Of a DNA stretch of 64,000 nt, positions 38,790-54,700 are shown piece by piece (the stretch's first letter is position 1; each line of letters starts with the position of its first letter). The stretch comes from Balanoglossus misakiensis (taxonomy: Eukaryota > Animalia > Hemichordata), in contig CM082583.2 in NCBI GenBank assembly GCA_040954595.2, positions 6,446,849 through 6,510,848 of the forward strand. The letters run 5' to 3'. The notes under the pieces are model-generated. The model did not search any database, was not told the origin of the DNA, and saw nothing but the letters and a program-made list of their open reading frames with translations. A program made the translations under genes and the position numbers.

Positions 38790-39049
38790 GATAAAATAGG
38801 TCGTTTCCATGACCCCTACATGACCTTACATCCTCGTACTTCCGTTGGTATGAATCCACCATGTTGATTAAAATCTTTACAAAACTTTATAATTACAGCT
38901 GTAGTCAATACATTATGTACTTAATGACAATAATGGCCCTTTTTAAGCAACATTCTGCACGTTCTTGACCCAACATTTTGACAACCCCATACCAACGGAA
39001 GTGAATGGATGTGAGGTCATTTAGAGGTCATGAAAGAGGCCATTTTATC
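38790..39049. mobile_element. Degenerate foldback/MITE-like element with ~60-bp imperfect terminal inverted repeats
   Basis: GATAAAATAGGTCGTTTCCATGACCCCTACATGACCTTACATCCTCGTACTTCCGTTGGTATG versus the reverse complement of the right end, GATAAAATGGCCTCTTTCATGACCTCTAAATGACCTCACATCCATTCACTTCCGTTGGTATG. Confidence 0.7.
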
Positions 39050-42000
39050 ATTATGGGACGAAGAGTGAACGTGTTGGCAATATTAAAGCTTGTGTATTGC
39101 TAACTGTATCACCAGACGCAAATACCAAAACACCAAACAACCACAGACTTATTTCACAGATGGAATTCTGGAAAAGGGGGTAAAAGCTTTCACGCTGTAC
39201 TTCAGCTACATGGTTCTTTGTGAACGCCTGCAGTTCGAGGAAAGCAATAACGCGATTGTTGTTCGCGGGATGAGCTAAATACATCCACGTCTTCTATTGA
39301 TATCGGCGGAGACGTCTGCTCGATAAATACTTGTAATGCATAAGATAACATGTTCTCTGTGATAAGAGCCACTTATTAAGTAATTTCAAGCTGAGTTTTT
39401 GAAAACATTTGCTGCTGCTCGAAGCGACATGTTTTGTGCGGCCTCCATTCCCGTAGCGGAACGACAGCCTCTAATGGTTGATGTGCAATAGAGGGCGTAT
39501 ATTTGGTTGTGTCGACATAGGTGGGCAAAGCATGGCGGTCATATACCGTCACAAGGGAAGTTTCATATTTGAAGTTTAAGATATAAATATCTGGAGCTAT
39601 TACCCCGACATTTACAGATTGTTTTTATCAATGCGAATGGTATTGTGTGAACATGTCAATTCGCCATTCTTTGATTAATACATGTACATCTGCACACCAT
39701 AGGGAGGAGAACAAGAAATTGTAGTTGGTAGACAAGACGAAAAATACCGAAAAATATTCAAAAGGTTATAGATACTGGCCTTTAGTTATCCATGGTCCCT
39801 TAGTCGGGGATTGAGCTCAGTCTTATGGCACGAGTTGCATTCCTTTGGAAATGACAGACCTTCAGATTTAATAGCTCGCCATTGCCTTACAGGAAAAGTC
39901 ATCTGTCCTGACCTTTATGCTTTAAATGCTTGCAATGTAAAGTCCCTGCGTTAGTCTATCGAATGTACTCTCGTTCACTGGTTTACGACCTCGTATGTAT
40001 ATTGAATAATGGAATAATTTTATTTATAAAATGAATGCATGAATCATGATTAAATAATAAAAACGCCATAAATTAGCAAAATAATATGGATATAAATATT
40101 CCCTCGTCTGGAACGGCATAAATTTATGGATGGAAGTTTTAACACCACATATACATGTATTGACATATGCCTGATCCCAAAGCTGTAATGATATATTCTA
40201 GAGTAAATAAATCATGACGGTAAATTGAAATGTAGGAATATCAATCATCTAAGACAATTCAGTGCGCCGACAGTCAGCGGGTTGAAATGGTGTGTTTTTA
40301 CTTAACGAACGTTCTGTATGTCCCCCACCATGGTCGTTATAGCTAGGTTACACTGTATATAGATGAATGGAGTGGCAAGAGACATCTTCACGGCAACTCG
40401 AGCCTGTATGGACTGATCACTGTTAACATTTTCAAAACTACATCTACGCTGTAGATGCCCCTTCAAAATCAGTTTGTTTGTGTCGAACACCCCTGACCGT
40501 GCAAGAGAAAGCTCACAAAGCTTATCTTCGGCATCTCAAAGAATTGGCATTTCTTTAAGTTTCAATTTGAATTGGTTTGAGGTAATAACCTTATGTTAGC
40601 CAGAAGCATGTCATTTCTGTACTTACGCGATAAGGTTCTTAGAGTATGCGCGGCGATTGAAAGTGACAGTGATTGGACATCATAATTTTCTAGATGGTTA
40701 CACTGATATTTCTAAAAGCTGCTGATTCTATCTTAGGTTCTTCATTTTAGATTCCCCTCGGTCTATATTGACCCTGTAGAGTTGGCAAGTCAGAAAAGAT
40801 CGTTTATTGAAATGTGATTGGCTGGCACATCACCATGCAGTCTTTCTCAAGTTTTACTGTTCGCCACAAATGTAGTGACGTTGCTAGAATATGCCTTCGC
40901 TAAAGTGAGCTATCCTTGATCGAAAATCATACAAATGTGCATTGACACAAGAATTTAATGACGTTGAAAACAAAGACCATGGAAAACTGCGTTGTCTGTG
41001 AGGTCATGAAATTATGTGTCCATAGTGCTTGCGTGTGCACGGAGCATGACATGAATGGAAAAGCACCGATGACCCTTTGCATCCAGGACAGCGGTAAATA
41101 TTCGGCCTCAGGCAAGACATCGGCATCTTGAGTAAAGATGAAGAAGTAAGAGCAATGTTTATCAGACAGGGGAAAAAATGAAAAGTGTAGCTACAGAGTT
41201 TATTGCACGGCGCGTAATATAATGCACATGTGGCGATCCCTTCGGGGCGTTCGTTTCATTGCATTTTCTGCCTTCAATTTTATTGCCCCGTTGTTTCATC
41301 TTTCCCTCAACCTTGCACGCTGGCAGGTCTATATTGTATAAGCATCCTTCCACGTACGCAAAATTAAAAATCAGTGAATGACAAAGCCCATGCACAAACC
41401 AAACAAATGAGTTACTTTTGTACGAAAACAATATGACTGTCAACACAAAATATATATACACTGCGAAGAACCATCAAAGGTTTCCCCAGAACTGTTTGAG
41501 ATACACTTAGACCACTTTGCATCAAGACGTAAAATAGGACAGAAATATAGGGGTAATATAGAGCATACGATCCCCATTCACTAACGGTTATCCATGTGTA
41601 AACGTTGGTGGAAAGCTTTTAATTTGACGGGTAAGACAGACTCGATCGCGCGCACACGTTCATTTTGCTTTCTTCTCGCCAGAGAGCTCTGGAACGTGGC
41701 CAAGCATATGTGATAATTCAAAATGTGAATTGAGAAATGTTTCTATGTGTGAATTTATTTTCGAACGTGTGAAAAAAGTGGAGTATTGACGGAGTATCTC
41801 TTTGAATTATTACACACATACATGTACATGCATGTCGCGTATTAAAGGTCAAGCACTTGCAAAGGGCTTTAATAGACCAATAAAAGTTTCTCAATCTGTT
41901 AGCCCAACTTCTTATCAACCCAGTACTTGTTTGTCAAGTCTTATTTCCATAAAAGCATGCGGCCCATCCATGAATGCTTGGATATCAACAACAGAATGGT

Positions 42001-45000
42001 GCTATCCACTTCATAAATATGTTAGAACTATACCCAGGGGAGACCAATAGTCTCCATATGCTTAGAGCCGCTGCACATATTGGAGATTTGTAATTTGTAA
42101 TTAAAGGTATAGTCATCCCCATATTGTTCGAGCAGAGCATACACATCGTGTTCATTTGAGGTCATTTTTGCGGTCAGCGCTTGGGTGAAGGTTGTTTAAT
42201 TTTCTTATTCCTTAATTTTCCAATTAACTATTCTTACGTTGTGATCAAAATAAGAGATAAACTGTCCTAGGGACAATTTTGAATACATACGACATGTAGC
42301 AAATATCAGGTCTGTTACTGTCTAATGGAACATTAAACTTGTATTTTTCAGGCATTTTGCTGTATTCAGAAAACAAATTGCCAGTCTCAAAATCTAACCA
42401 CGAGTGGGTGAGTTGATAACTTTTAATGTTATATTATTTTTACGAGTATTTATAATTAGATGTGTACGCCATTCTAATCAGATATTACAAACATAAACAG
42501 CGAAATAGGTCACTTGTGAGTGACTCACCGTGTTAATAATAGTTATTATGAACTCACTACACGTTAATAATCGTTGTTTCATGAACTGTTTAAAATTTGG
42601 CAGCTACCATGATGAGCGGTTAACAGAAAGCATGCGAAAGATTTCAATATTAAAACACACAGGAAACTTGGATGGAAATCAGTGTTCAGTTGATTAATTC
42701 TTATTAGGGCCTTATTCAACACAGTTGATTTGGATTTGGGATTATTTAGTCGCATGCGTTTTGCGGAAACTTTGTGGGATTATCTAATATACAGATTCAT
42801 AATTGAATTGTTAATTAACAAATGTGTAAAGTTCGCTGAGATGAATTAGTATAGTGCGTGGGCAATATAAAATGTGCTTGATATATATCCATGCGTGCTG
42901 CACAAACTGCCCCTTGTTAGGTTAAGCACACAAAAGGCGATTTTTGTTATTCCGATTACAAAACTTTCAAGCTGTAAAATTCAGCACATTGTATTGGTAT
43001 CAAATTTATCAGGAATTCGTTATTTCGACATGTATTAAAGGAAGTATAAGTAGCAGATAACAATTCAGATGGATTGAATAGAAATTTCAAGTGGTGTATT
43101 TGGATAGTGATTTCAAGTGATTTGGTATTCATGGTCATTTGCAACGAAGGCGGAATTACACAAGTTCAATCAGAGAAACCATATAAAACCCTCATCCCCC
43201 CCCCCCCCACGAACATTCGATTCATCAACAATCCCCAACCCTGGCATTCCTTTAGATTGAAAAAACACATCTCGGTCCACTTAATCGTACTTGATTGGCA
43301 GCGGAGATATAAACGCATGTTTTGCTTTGTGCTGAGTAGACATGTTTTGAAGTTTATATCGCTGACTTTGGCTTGCTCTTTATTGATTCTGTATAGGTGG
43401 AGGGTCGTTTACATCTGAGAGGCTGACACGCTAGCGACCTTGTTTTTCGTGCTAGTCGTAAACTTGAGTTGAATGACGTAGTTCACTGCAGCCCAAGGAC
43501 ATATTTGATTACAAATACGCCACATGATTTCTACATAAAGACAGAAGCATGTCGAATTCCGAGTTCAACTAGTTCATGTTCTCACCTTTTCCCCTGTAGA
43601 TTAAAAAATACTGGTAGCTTTTATGGTTCAATGAATTGCGTATTTGAATTGCGACTACCGGTACGTGATACTACCCATGAAGACCTGTATGTCACGCATC
43701 ATGTTTTTGCATTGTGCTCTCGTGGGTTTAATCTCGTGACTGAAAACCGATAAAACCCAGACTAAGACTAAAATAGGTCTACTGGATTTATAGCCATGTT
43801 TTGTGCTTGAAGTCTCTTATGCATTGTGCCAGCGTGATGTATCGTTCATAGACCCATTTTTGCCCAATGTGTCAGTCACGGATATGTTTTTTTTTCTTCA
43901 AACGACTCCTGTCCACCGGAGTTTTGGGTCAAAATGATACATAATCGCAAAGTCCTTCCGATTTGCAATTAAAACGAGGAAGAACGATTCTCCGTGCGTT
44001 ATCTTGGTTCACACGACGGTGGTCTTTTATCGTCACGACAATGCAATTTCGGATGCCGTATGGTTCGCTTAACAATTGTAATAAACACACGATCTATACT
44101 CGTGTTATATGCCGCGGTTTGTATTACGTCGGCCACAATAGTAACGCAAAGAAAACGCATATAAAATGTTATTGCTATGACATTGCGCCAAACGTATCGT
44201 GTGACCAATTTCGTCTATTCGAAATTATACACCCTGTGAACTAGAACACTCGCTGTTTACTGATACACCATCGATAAGCCTGCGTCCGTGTTAGATCACG
44301 ATCGATCGAAATTAGTCGTGGCAATGGCGGCTCAATGATAAACAGAAAAACAGTCGAATAACAAAGTGTAGATTAATAGGAATAAGCGAAGCTCCACGCT
44401 CTTCCTTACGCGCATAGCCAGAGGCTACCATATTGAACTACAGGACTTTGTCTTATTAAAGTGAATGATAACATCAAGAGACAACCTTGTCCTGTCACAA
44501 CGAGAGATGTTCGCCACTGCAGATCCGGTCATGGAGTGCATGAGCAATGCGTATTTGTTGGTTAGCATTAAGGGATTAGGCCCAGGATCAAAAGTTACTT
44601 AAGTTTATATAGTATTGAACTCGATTAACTTTGATAATGTGACGTGTCTTACGGTTTGGGAGTTTCCTGACCAAGTTCGGTCAAAGAGTCTCACGAGAGC
44701 AACAACGGAGATTAAGAGTTAATTTCCTTAGTTCGACAAGTATCATCTAAGGAATGCTGGGTGCTGTATGAACGCAATCCCCTGGGTACCGTGACCTTTA
44801 GCGATGAGAAATACTAAGATTTATTCTGTGGGGGGTTACAAACCAAATATCGCACGAAAGACTTGTATTGCGTTTGACTGTAATGCTTGTGGGTGGAAAG
44901 ATGTTTAGATATAGGTGCACGCCAGCATATTCTTCGCTAGATTAATGAAAACACCGGTTATACTCTGAAGAGACGGGTTACATCAAAATCAGTAGGTTCC

Positions 45001-48000
45001 TAACCAGCATCGACGTCAAATCACCTAAATTAATCAAGACGCGAGACCATACAAGATTCAGTTAATTTTCACAGTTTATTAATATTTGAATGAAACCGTG
45101 AAGTTTTAATCAAGAATATATGAGGCCATGTTACCAATGCTCCATTTAGCTCAATTACAGCTCGTACCATTACATTAGCAATCACTATTCTCGAGTGTTA
45201 ACCATACCACCTACCGTCTACCGGGTATCAAAAGCTTTGCTCTTCTCTCGTAGAGTATAAACATTAGGGACAAAACGTGAAGATATATAGAAGAAAACCT
45301 CAAGGAGTTTGAAAATCAGAAAATGATATTAGTGGGAAATGGCGTTAGTGTGTCATTAAGGGACACGTGTTTCAGTTGAGATAGATACACTAAAATACAG
45401 GCAGTGCTGACATAAAATAGTTTCATTTACGCAGCCCAACAAAACACGGTTTTGTGAAAAGAGGTTCCGAAAATAAAATGTACGGTTAGAATTCATAAAA
45501 GCGTTCTGCAGGCAAAAAAATGTATTTCTTACATAAAGTCAAAGAAATCGTGACTTCGTGCTGAAACACGTAAATAGACCACGGCAGGATTAGTTGTTTA
45601 ATTTTCTTAGAAAAGCACGAACACCAACTTTCTAGTCAATATGAATGTAGCTTGCCAGTAAGCCAGCGTGAAATATAATTGTATAGAATGTGATTGCTTT
45701 TTTCCTTTATAATAATGATTTCTGCACGTGATCGCTAAGATATAAAAACACTTACATAGAACCAGTTTGTTTATATACACGTACTCTGGTGCACAAATAT
45801 CCACGCATTTCAGAACCTCTGGGAAACAGCCACTCACTGACTGGCTAGTACAATGTATACAACATCAATACATGTCCGTTTTGCATGGCATGCTCGGCAG
45901 AGGGCGTCGTTGCCATTTCTGTGGAGGTAAAAGGACAGTGCACGGAACAGCGAACAAAGAATCTTTATTAATAAGTTTCTTGCGAACTATTGTTGATGTT
46001 TGTCGTCCAAGGATCTTGAAACGACTAGGGCGCCACCTTGAGGCAGCATTTAAGTTTACTGGTGTGTCTGTTTTACTGCCTGTCGTTGTAATATTTACGT
46101 ATATCTCTGAGCTGCCCTCATAGCAGACATACAATTCCTATGCATATACACAACATTGCATAGTGTATATCTGTGTGGTCTTTGGATGCAATAATCAAGA
46201 TTTGTACTTTTACGTTATTTTGATGTTTCAAATGAGATTGGCCGGTGGCCTTTAATGCAATACATACTATTATTATTAATGCTGAAAGTATTGTATGTCT
46301 ACCCTCGGGGCAACCGTGTGCTATAGCTGCTTCTAATAATTTGAGATGTCGTTAGATATTGTGCACAATGTTTACCGGTGCCCGGCAGGCCTTCAGGAGG
46401 CACTCGTCTTAAATTTCTCTTGGTGACGTCATACGGTGGCCATCGTTTTGCCCAGGGTCCATGCCAATGCGGCGATTGATGCAATATACCGGACCCCGTT
46501 CATTCATTAGCACAGCACCGCCAGCGGTAGCATCAGGGCAAGACAAAGACTACATTCTCTATCCTCTGCGGAGGGTCGTGTTGTTGTCTTTTGAAGGAAT
46601 CGGGGGAGATTAATATCATTTTCTCAACATATTAGGGAAATTCCCAGCAGTGAGTTTGCTCTGTTCTGGTTTCGTATGTCATTTTCTCGCCACGCCCTTC
46701 GGCCACGCTTACATGGTAATATCCAATATGATTTTTCAGTGTAATGTTTGCATCGTCTCTTACATCTCATTTTTTTAAGTTTATACTGAGTACGTTTTAA
46801 AAACTATATTTTGTAGTTATTAGTATAAAGTTTGGTCATGCATTGACAAACTAAAGCTTTCCTACCAACAGAACTTGATTGCTACAAAGCGCTCAGTGCT
46901 TATAGTGTGTGTGGACACGACGCGACTCAAAGGATTAATGCTCTGTGTTTACCATAGGCAAATGGTGTCTCAATTTTTTCCCTGTCTGTACAGTGGGTGG
47001 ATAAAACAGCAGATGTTATGATTTATCTCTCAGGATTAAATGCCAAGAAGATTAACCTTAAATGCCAATGGGAAGGGTATACTCTACGACCTTCAGAAGC
47101 TGTGACAAATAACAACAGGAACAATACAGTTACGAAACATGAAATGGTATAATAGTGAAGTATGAGAAGCCCATGTAAAGCACTGTAAAAGAAACGTAAT
47201 AGTAATCTTTAATAAGAGGAGACCACGTGTACAGACTTCGAAATGAATATCTGAGCTCATAATGCAGTCTTGTTTAGCGGGCGGGGTAGTTTTAACGACG
47301 TGGATCTTCCGATGGTTTCCCTGGAAGGCACGCCTTTAAGATACTACTGAACGTCACCAGATATCATTCTCGAAAGTTAATGAAAATTCTGCAAAGTGAA
47401 AGGATCACGCATATCGCAAATGAAGTGCCCTTCTCTTCTGTCTGTACACGTGTCGTAGAAGTCTTGTAATGCGCTTTTTTTCGCTCTGCCTTGTCGGGCC
47501 GGCTTCCTGTTGATTTTCGTTGAAGAACGATGGATCTTGGGGAAAGGAGTAAATCGCCATAATATTAAACCGCTCTAAAAGGATATATCCGCTTATTTCA
47601 CCGCAGTTTCATTTGTCTTAATTGGAGAAACTGTAAAAGAACATCTGCTAGCCATTAGGACAAACACTGACTTTTGATATTTTGTGAAATCCGGACTTTA
47701 CATGATTATTGTATCCATTTAAGCTTAATTGTATGGAACTGGCGTTCTTTGCAAATTAAAAATAATCGAAGAAGAAAGACGAAAAACTATGTACCATTTC
47801 GTTATCAAGAAAATTAGCAATTCCAATTTCAAGTTTGCCTCGGGCTAGCTACAACAGAGTTTGGTGACTATTTGAATTTCCAATATTGCTAAGTTTCTGA
47901 TTTACTGATTATCCTTTCTCAGACTGTCAAACCATTGTGGGGTGCATGACGTGTCCCTGAAATATGAACTCTTTGATTGTTTTGCATGCGGTGTACTTAG

Positions 48001-48545
48001 CGATCCTTTCGCGCGGCATCTTGCATTTGTCTTCCTGGAAAATGATTGTGTTCTGCGCGTCGAAAGACACTAACGACGTTAACCCGCTGTTAGATGAATA
48101 AAAGTGCTTCCCCGTGACCTTTGGAGACAGCCGACATCACGTGTGTTGCGTATGTTCGCCACGTGTTTACATTGTGGGAAACACGGCGCAGTTTGAGTTA
48201 CTGGTGTACAATACACGTGACTTAGCGGCGTTCATGATGAGTGAAGTTAAGGGTACATAATTTTAGTCAACCCTGCTCAGTTAGTCACAGTTACTACGAA
48301 AAGTCGAGATCTTTCCTGACCAAATTGTCATTAGCTCTTTTAATCATATATGAGCATACAGTCTTCGGCGTGTCTGCGTTGGATCTACTTGTTAATTCAC
48401 TACCCAAATTCGCAACTGTTTGAGATATATTTGGTAAATCGATTAGCAACAGAAAAGACTAAGAAAGAAGGCAGCGTACCCCTTTTAACTGCTGACATTT
48501 ATTTTTAAAAACACGCACATCATAAATTGTCCATTTCCGCTGATA

Positions 48546-48662
48546 TCATTCGATTCATTCATGTTCAAATTATAGCTTAATTGGATGGAGAATTGGTAAT
48601 ATGGTCATTTGATTCATTCTTATTTAAACTGTAGCATAATTGGATGGAGTATAATATGGTCC
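48546..48662. repeat. Two-copy diverged tandem duplication (~55-59 bp unit)
   Basis: tcattcgattcattcatgttcaaattatagcttaattggatggag..taatatgg followed directly by tcatttgattcattcttatttaaactgtagcataattggatggag..taatatgg. Confidence 0.75.
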
Positions 48663-51600
48663 AACTGTGATTACTTTTAAGGTTAATACCCGCGAGTAAC
48701 GTCGCTTATCGACGATTTCCAACTGTTCATCTAAATCGACAGTTTTATTCGGTAGTTATTAAAGGCTCAGGAAAATGAAAGAAGTACATGATGATATAGT
48801 CAACATGAAAGCGAAAATACATGGACATTCAACTGGAGTGCAAACGCGAACTTAAGTTGATGTAAAGTTGGTAATCTCAAATCAGACGTTGGATACCACA
48901 TAGCTGTCTGTTTGTCTGTATCTATCTAACGAACAAACTTGTACTCCGTCAAATATCAAAAGCAATGCTTTGTCGTTATTCAACGATTTATTCCGAATCT
49001 TTTTGCGTCCATAGGCTACTAGTTGCTTGCTCCTGTCGCATAACAGCAACGATTCCGTGGTGACACTTATCTTTCTTGTAAACATACATGTCCAGATGTG
49101 TCGTACTTGGCATTGTATGTTGACCGGTCAAGGTCGCCATGAAGTCGTCCAAATGGTGTTTATGTGGATGCGGCGTAGTTTCCCTGGTTACGCCAACAAT
49201 CACACAAGTAGTCAGAGAGTAACCGTGACAACCGTTGGCATTCAGACGAACTCGGAGCTCAAGCACCAAGCTAAGCAGGCACTGAAATTTAAACCTATAC
49301 GGCTGACAACATTTTGTCAGCGTGAAGTGAAGATGTTCATGGATTGAAATTCAAAACATACTTATGTGTGTTTAAACCCCTATAAATGATATTTATCACA
49401 GATGGATGTGCCTATCTCTGTACTTACCCAGCCGTCTTTCCACTCAGCCATTCTACCAAGCAAACTAACCACCTCGACCTCAAAATGATGGATATTGATT
49501 TGACCAGAGTTTCAAAGATGTGGTGGTTTGATTTAAACTGACAAAATCCTAGGTGAGTTTCATCCACCAATTAATTTAAACCCCACTTTGTCAAGATATG
49601 GTGGCAATTAATGTCAATGGCGTGGTGCACACTTGGAGTACATACATTATCTCATCATGAATGTATTTCTTGTGTATAACAGTCCTATACAATTGAGATG
49701 GCGCCGTACATAGGCCTACTTGCAATGTTTTAAAAAATCAGAAAAAAAACATGCTTAGTGTGAAAAAGACTTGCAGTGATCGGTTCAAAAGAAAATTGAT
49801 TTGTCCAAATGGAGCATTAAACTCGGTTACACACTATATTCCAACTGTATTCAGCTCAGAGATCATTGTAGGTATAGCCTTTAGTATCTTCAAATTAGGA
49901 TTTTCTGACTGAATCGTAATAAGGTTGATCGAAAATGCTTCAGGTTTCAATTGATTTCATTTCCTTTAACTTTACTTCGATTTGCAACATGAAACACTGT
50001 CTCTAAGGGATATCTGAGAATCATGTAATGTACGTGCACAGATCGCAGTGCCAACTACAACCAGCGTATAGCTTTACATATTAAGTTCATTCTCGTTCAA
50101 CGAAGCAAAATAAGACGTTCGCCACAGAAAACGGCTAATGTGGGTTATTAACGTCTATTTGTTATTGGCGTGTGTGAGGAAACTGAAAATTACCGCGTGA
50201 TTTCAAGCTGACCTCGCAAATTGTGAATTTCCTTTCACTGGCGCCCACAGCCCTCTGTTGCCAGGAAAAACCCATTTCCCTCTTAAGTAAACCTTTATGT
50301 AGACTGTCATCACAACTTAAAAATCCAACACGCGACAAGTGATGACAGTTGTGTTTCGGCTTGCGTCAATGTACGCAGGGTGCGCATTTCCTTTGCTTCT
50401 GCCAAACATGCCAAAAAATGATTTCTAAGATTACTATAAGCGTTCTGCCACGTGTGAAAACGTCGGTCATATTACACTCATCTTCAACACTTGTGACAGA
50501 GATTCACTAGATATCGTGTGATAAGCTCATAAGAAGTTTTTTTCAGGTGTCGTATTCGTACCGAAGTGCCCACTCTCAATGACAACAAGTGCCTTGTTGG
50601 TGATGTTATACACTGAGGCCGTTGAACCCAACTGAGCACTGAAAAACATATCTCTGATTATATTCGGCGCCGCTTTTTGGTCTGCTTTTGCTCTTTTTGC
50701 GTGAGGTGTTTTACTTTTTGGGAGATCTGTGCAATGTCATAATTGGAATATGTGACAAGTTGTTATTGTTGTCGTTGATTTTTGTCGGCTTCTTCTATAC
50801 CGTGGATCATCCGCTGCAGGTATAGGACATTGACCGGAACACCAACCAAGGACGTTGATGGCGACTTCGAGCCTGCCCTAATTATGGTATTACGCACATG
50901 TGTTTTGATTTTCCCAGTTCCAGTTTCTATGGTTTCTCCGCCAAGGGGTAAACGAAATGTCTGCACCACACATGGAGTTTAGGCAAATCCTTCATACGTG
51001 TATCGCGACCGACTGCGTGGTCGACCATGTCCTCGTTTCTATGGTTTCCGCTTGCCTCTGTTTCTCTCTCACGGAACATTTAACATTCACATTTCCTCGT
51101 GGAGACAGTCAATATTAATAAATTCATTAGTCGCGACTAATCAGTGTTCGCGGGAAAGCGTGTACAGTAAATGATGCGGAATAACACATGTTTTGTTGAA
51201 AGGGAAACAGTCAACGCAAAATAGTTCCTCTTGGTCGCTCGAGTGGGCGTGTTCTCATAATTATATTAACAAGGACTAACAAAAAACTACCAAAGTGCAT
51301 ATTGCAGCTTTTATGACAAGTGACAAAGGCGAATAATTGTGAGACGACAGTCGTCATCTTAAAGGTCTTGGGTAAGTTGACAGTTGGCTATACATTTACA
51401 TGTATGTGATATGTCTTCGATGTTAGAGTGCTCGTTAGGTGGTTTTTATGTAAATGTCAAATCATCCTGAGATTTTAAGCTTGGTCTTTTAGTCTTTCAA
51501 ACGCCCTGGGTTACCGTGGGCCTTCGTCCCACGTGTAAAAGTCGCAGATTCATGTTTCACTTGTGTGTACTATTTATAGTTTGGCCACGTGTGCTGTTAC

Positions 51601-51736
51601 CCCGATCAACAAGGCCCGGCGTTTATCTTTCTTCACAACACAATGAAAGTGAAATTGTATAAACACATAGTCTATTAACTCAAAGAACAGACATGTCTCC
51701 TTCGGTGTTTTCCCATCCCTGAGTTCTCACCAGTCT

Positions 51737-54700
51737 ATTCATCCATTCGTTCGTTCGTTCGTTCGTTCGTTCGTTCGTTCGTTCGTTCGTTCGTTCGTTC
51801 ATTCATTCATTCATTCATTCATTCATTCATTCATTCATCCATCCACCCATCCACCCATCCATCCACCCATCCACCCATCCATCCATCCATCCATCCACCC
51901 ATCCACCCATCCATCCACCCATCCATCCACCCATCCATCCATCCACCCACCCATCCATCCACCCATCCACCCACCCATCCATCCACCCACCCATCCACCC
52001 ACCCATCCATCCACCCATCCATCCATCCACCCATCCATCCACCCATCCACCCATCCATCCACCCATCCATCCACCCATCCACCCATCCATCCACCCATCC
52101 ATCCACCCATCCACCCATATATCCACCCATCCACCCACCCATCCATCCACCCATCCATCCACCCATCCACCCACCCACCCATCCACCCACCCATCCATCC
52201 ACCCATCCACCCACCCATCCACCCACCCATCCACCCACCCACCCACCCACCCACCCATCCATCCACCCATCCACCCACCCATCCATCCATCCACCCATCC
52301 ACCCACCCATCCATCCACCCATCCATCCACCCATCCACCCATCCACCCATCCATCCACCCATCCATCCATCCACCCATCCACCCATCCACCCATCCATCC
52401 ACCCATCCACCCATCCATCCACCCACCCATCCACCCATCCATCCATCCACCCATCCACCCACCCATCCATCCACCCATCCACCCACCCATCCACCCATCC
52501 ACCCACCCACCCATCCACCCATCCATCCACCCACCCACAAACCCAACCACCCATCCACCCATCCATCCACCCATCCATCCATCCAGCCATCCACCCACCC
52601 ATCCATCCACCCATCCACCCACCCATCCATCCATCCATCCACCCATCCACCCATCCACCCATCCATCCACCCATCCACCCATCCATCCACCCACCCATCC
52701 ACCCATCCACCCACCCATCCATCCACCCATCCACCCATCCATCCATCCACCCATCCATCCACCCATCCACCCATCCATCCATCCATCCACCCATCCATCC
52801 ATCCACCCACCCACCCATCCACCCATCCATCCACCCATCCACCCATCCATCCACCCATCCATCCATCCACCCATCCATCCACCCATCCATCCACCCATCC
52901 ACCCATATATCCACCCATCCACCCACCCATCCATCCACCCATCCATCCACCCATCCACCCATCCACCCACCCATCCATCCACCCACCCACCCACCCACCC
53001 ATCCATCCACCCATCCACCCACCCATCCATCCATCCACCCATCCACCCACCCATCCACCCATCCACCCATCCATCCACCCATCCATCCATCCACCCATCC
53101 ACCCATCCACCCATCCATCCACCCATCCATCCATCCACCCATCCACCCATCCATCCACCCATCCACCCATCCATCCACCCACCCATCCACCCATCCATCC
53201 ACCCATCCATCCATCCACCCATCCACCCACCCATCCATCCACCCATCCACCCACCCATCCACCCACCAACCCATCCACTCATCCATCCACCCACCCACAA
53301 ACCCAACCACCCATCCACCCACCCATCCACCCATCCACCCACCCATCCATCCATCCATCCACCCATCCACCCATCCACCCATCCATCCACCCATCCACCC
53401 ATCCATCCACCCATCCATCCATCCACCCATCCACCCATCCATCCACCCATCCATCCACCCATCCACCCACCCATCCATCCACCCATCCACCCACCCATCC
53501 ATCCACCCATCCACCCATCCATCCACCCATCCACCCACCCATCCACCCATCCATCCACCCATCCACCCATCCACCCATCCACCCACCCATCCACCCATCC
53601 ATCCATCCACCCATCCACCCATCCACCCATCCATCCACCCATCCATCCACCCACCCACCCATCCACCCATCCATCCACCCATCCACCCATCCATCCATCC
53701 ACCCATCTATCCACCCACCCATCCATCCATCCACCCATCCACCCATCCATCCATCCACCCATCCATCCACCCATCCATCCACCCATCCACCCACCCATCC
53801 ATCCACCCATCCACCCATCCACCCACCCATCCATCCACCCATCCACCCATCCATCCACCCATCCATCCATCCACCCATCCACCCACCCATCCATCCACCC
53901 ATCCACCCACCCATACATCCACCCATCCACCCATCCATCCATCCACCCATCCACCCACCCATCCATCATTCATTCATTCATTCATTCATTCATCCATCCA
54001 CCCATCCACCCATCCACCCATCCATCCATCCACCCATCCATCCACCCATCCATCCACCCATCCACCCATCCATCCACCCATCCACCCATCCATCCACCCA
54101 TCCACCCATCCATCCACCCATCCATCCACCCATCCATCCACTCATCCACCCATCCATCCATCCACCCATCCACCCACCCATCCATCCACCCATCCACCCA
54201 CCCATCCATCCACCCATCCATCCACCCATCCACCCATCCATCCATCCACCCACCCATCCATCCATCCACCCACCCACCCATCCACCCATCCATCCACCCA
54301 TCCACCCATCCATCCACCCATCCATCCATCCACCCATCCATCCACCCATCCATCCACCCATCCACCCATATATCCACCCATCCACCCACCCATCCATCCA
54401 CCCATCCATCCACCCATCCACCCATCCACCCACCCATCCACCCACCCATCCACCCACCCACCCACCCACCCATCCATCCACCCATCCACCCACCCATCCA
54501 TCCATCCACCCATCCACCCACCCATCCATCCACCCATCCATCCACCCATCCACCCATCCACCCACCCATCCACCCATCCATCCACCCATCCATCCATCCA
54601 CCCATCCACCCATCCATCCACCCATCCACCCATCCATCCACCCATCCATCCATCCACCCATCCATCCACCCATCCATCCACCCATCCACCCATATATCCA

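Noticed and set aside
45356-45571. 11-bp inverted repeat ACGTGTTTCAG / CTGAAACACGT ~200 bp apart
   Set aside because: Too short and lacks a matching TSD; it may be a MITE relic but is unsupported.
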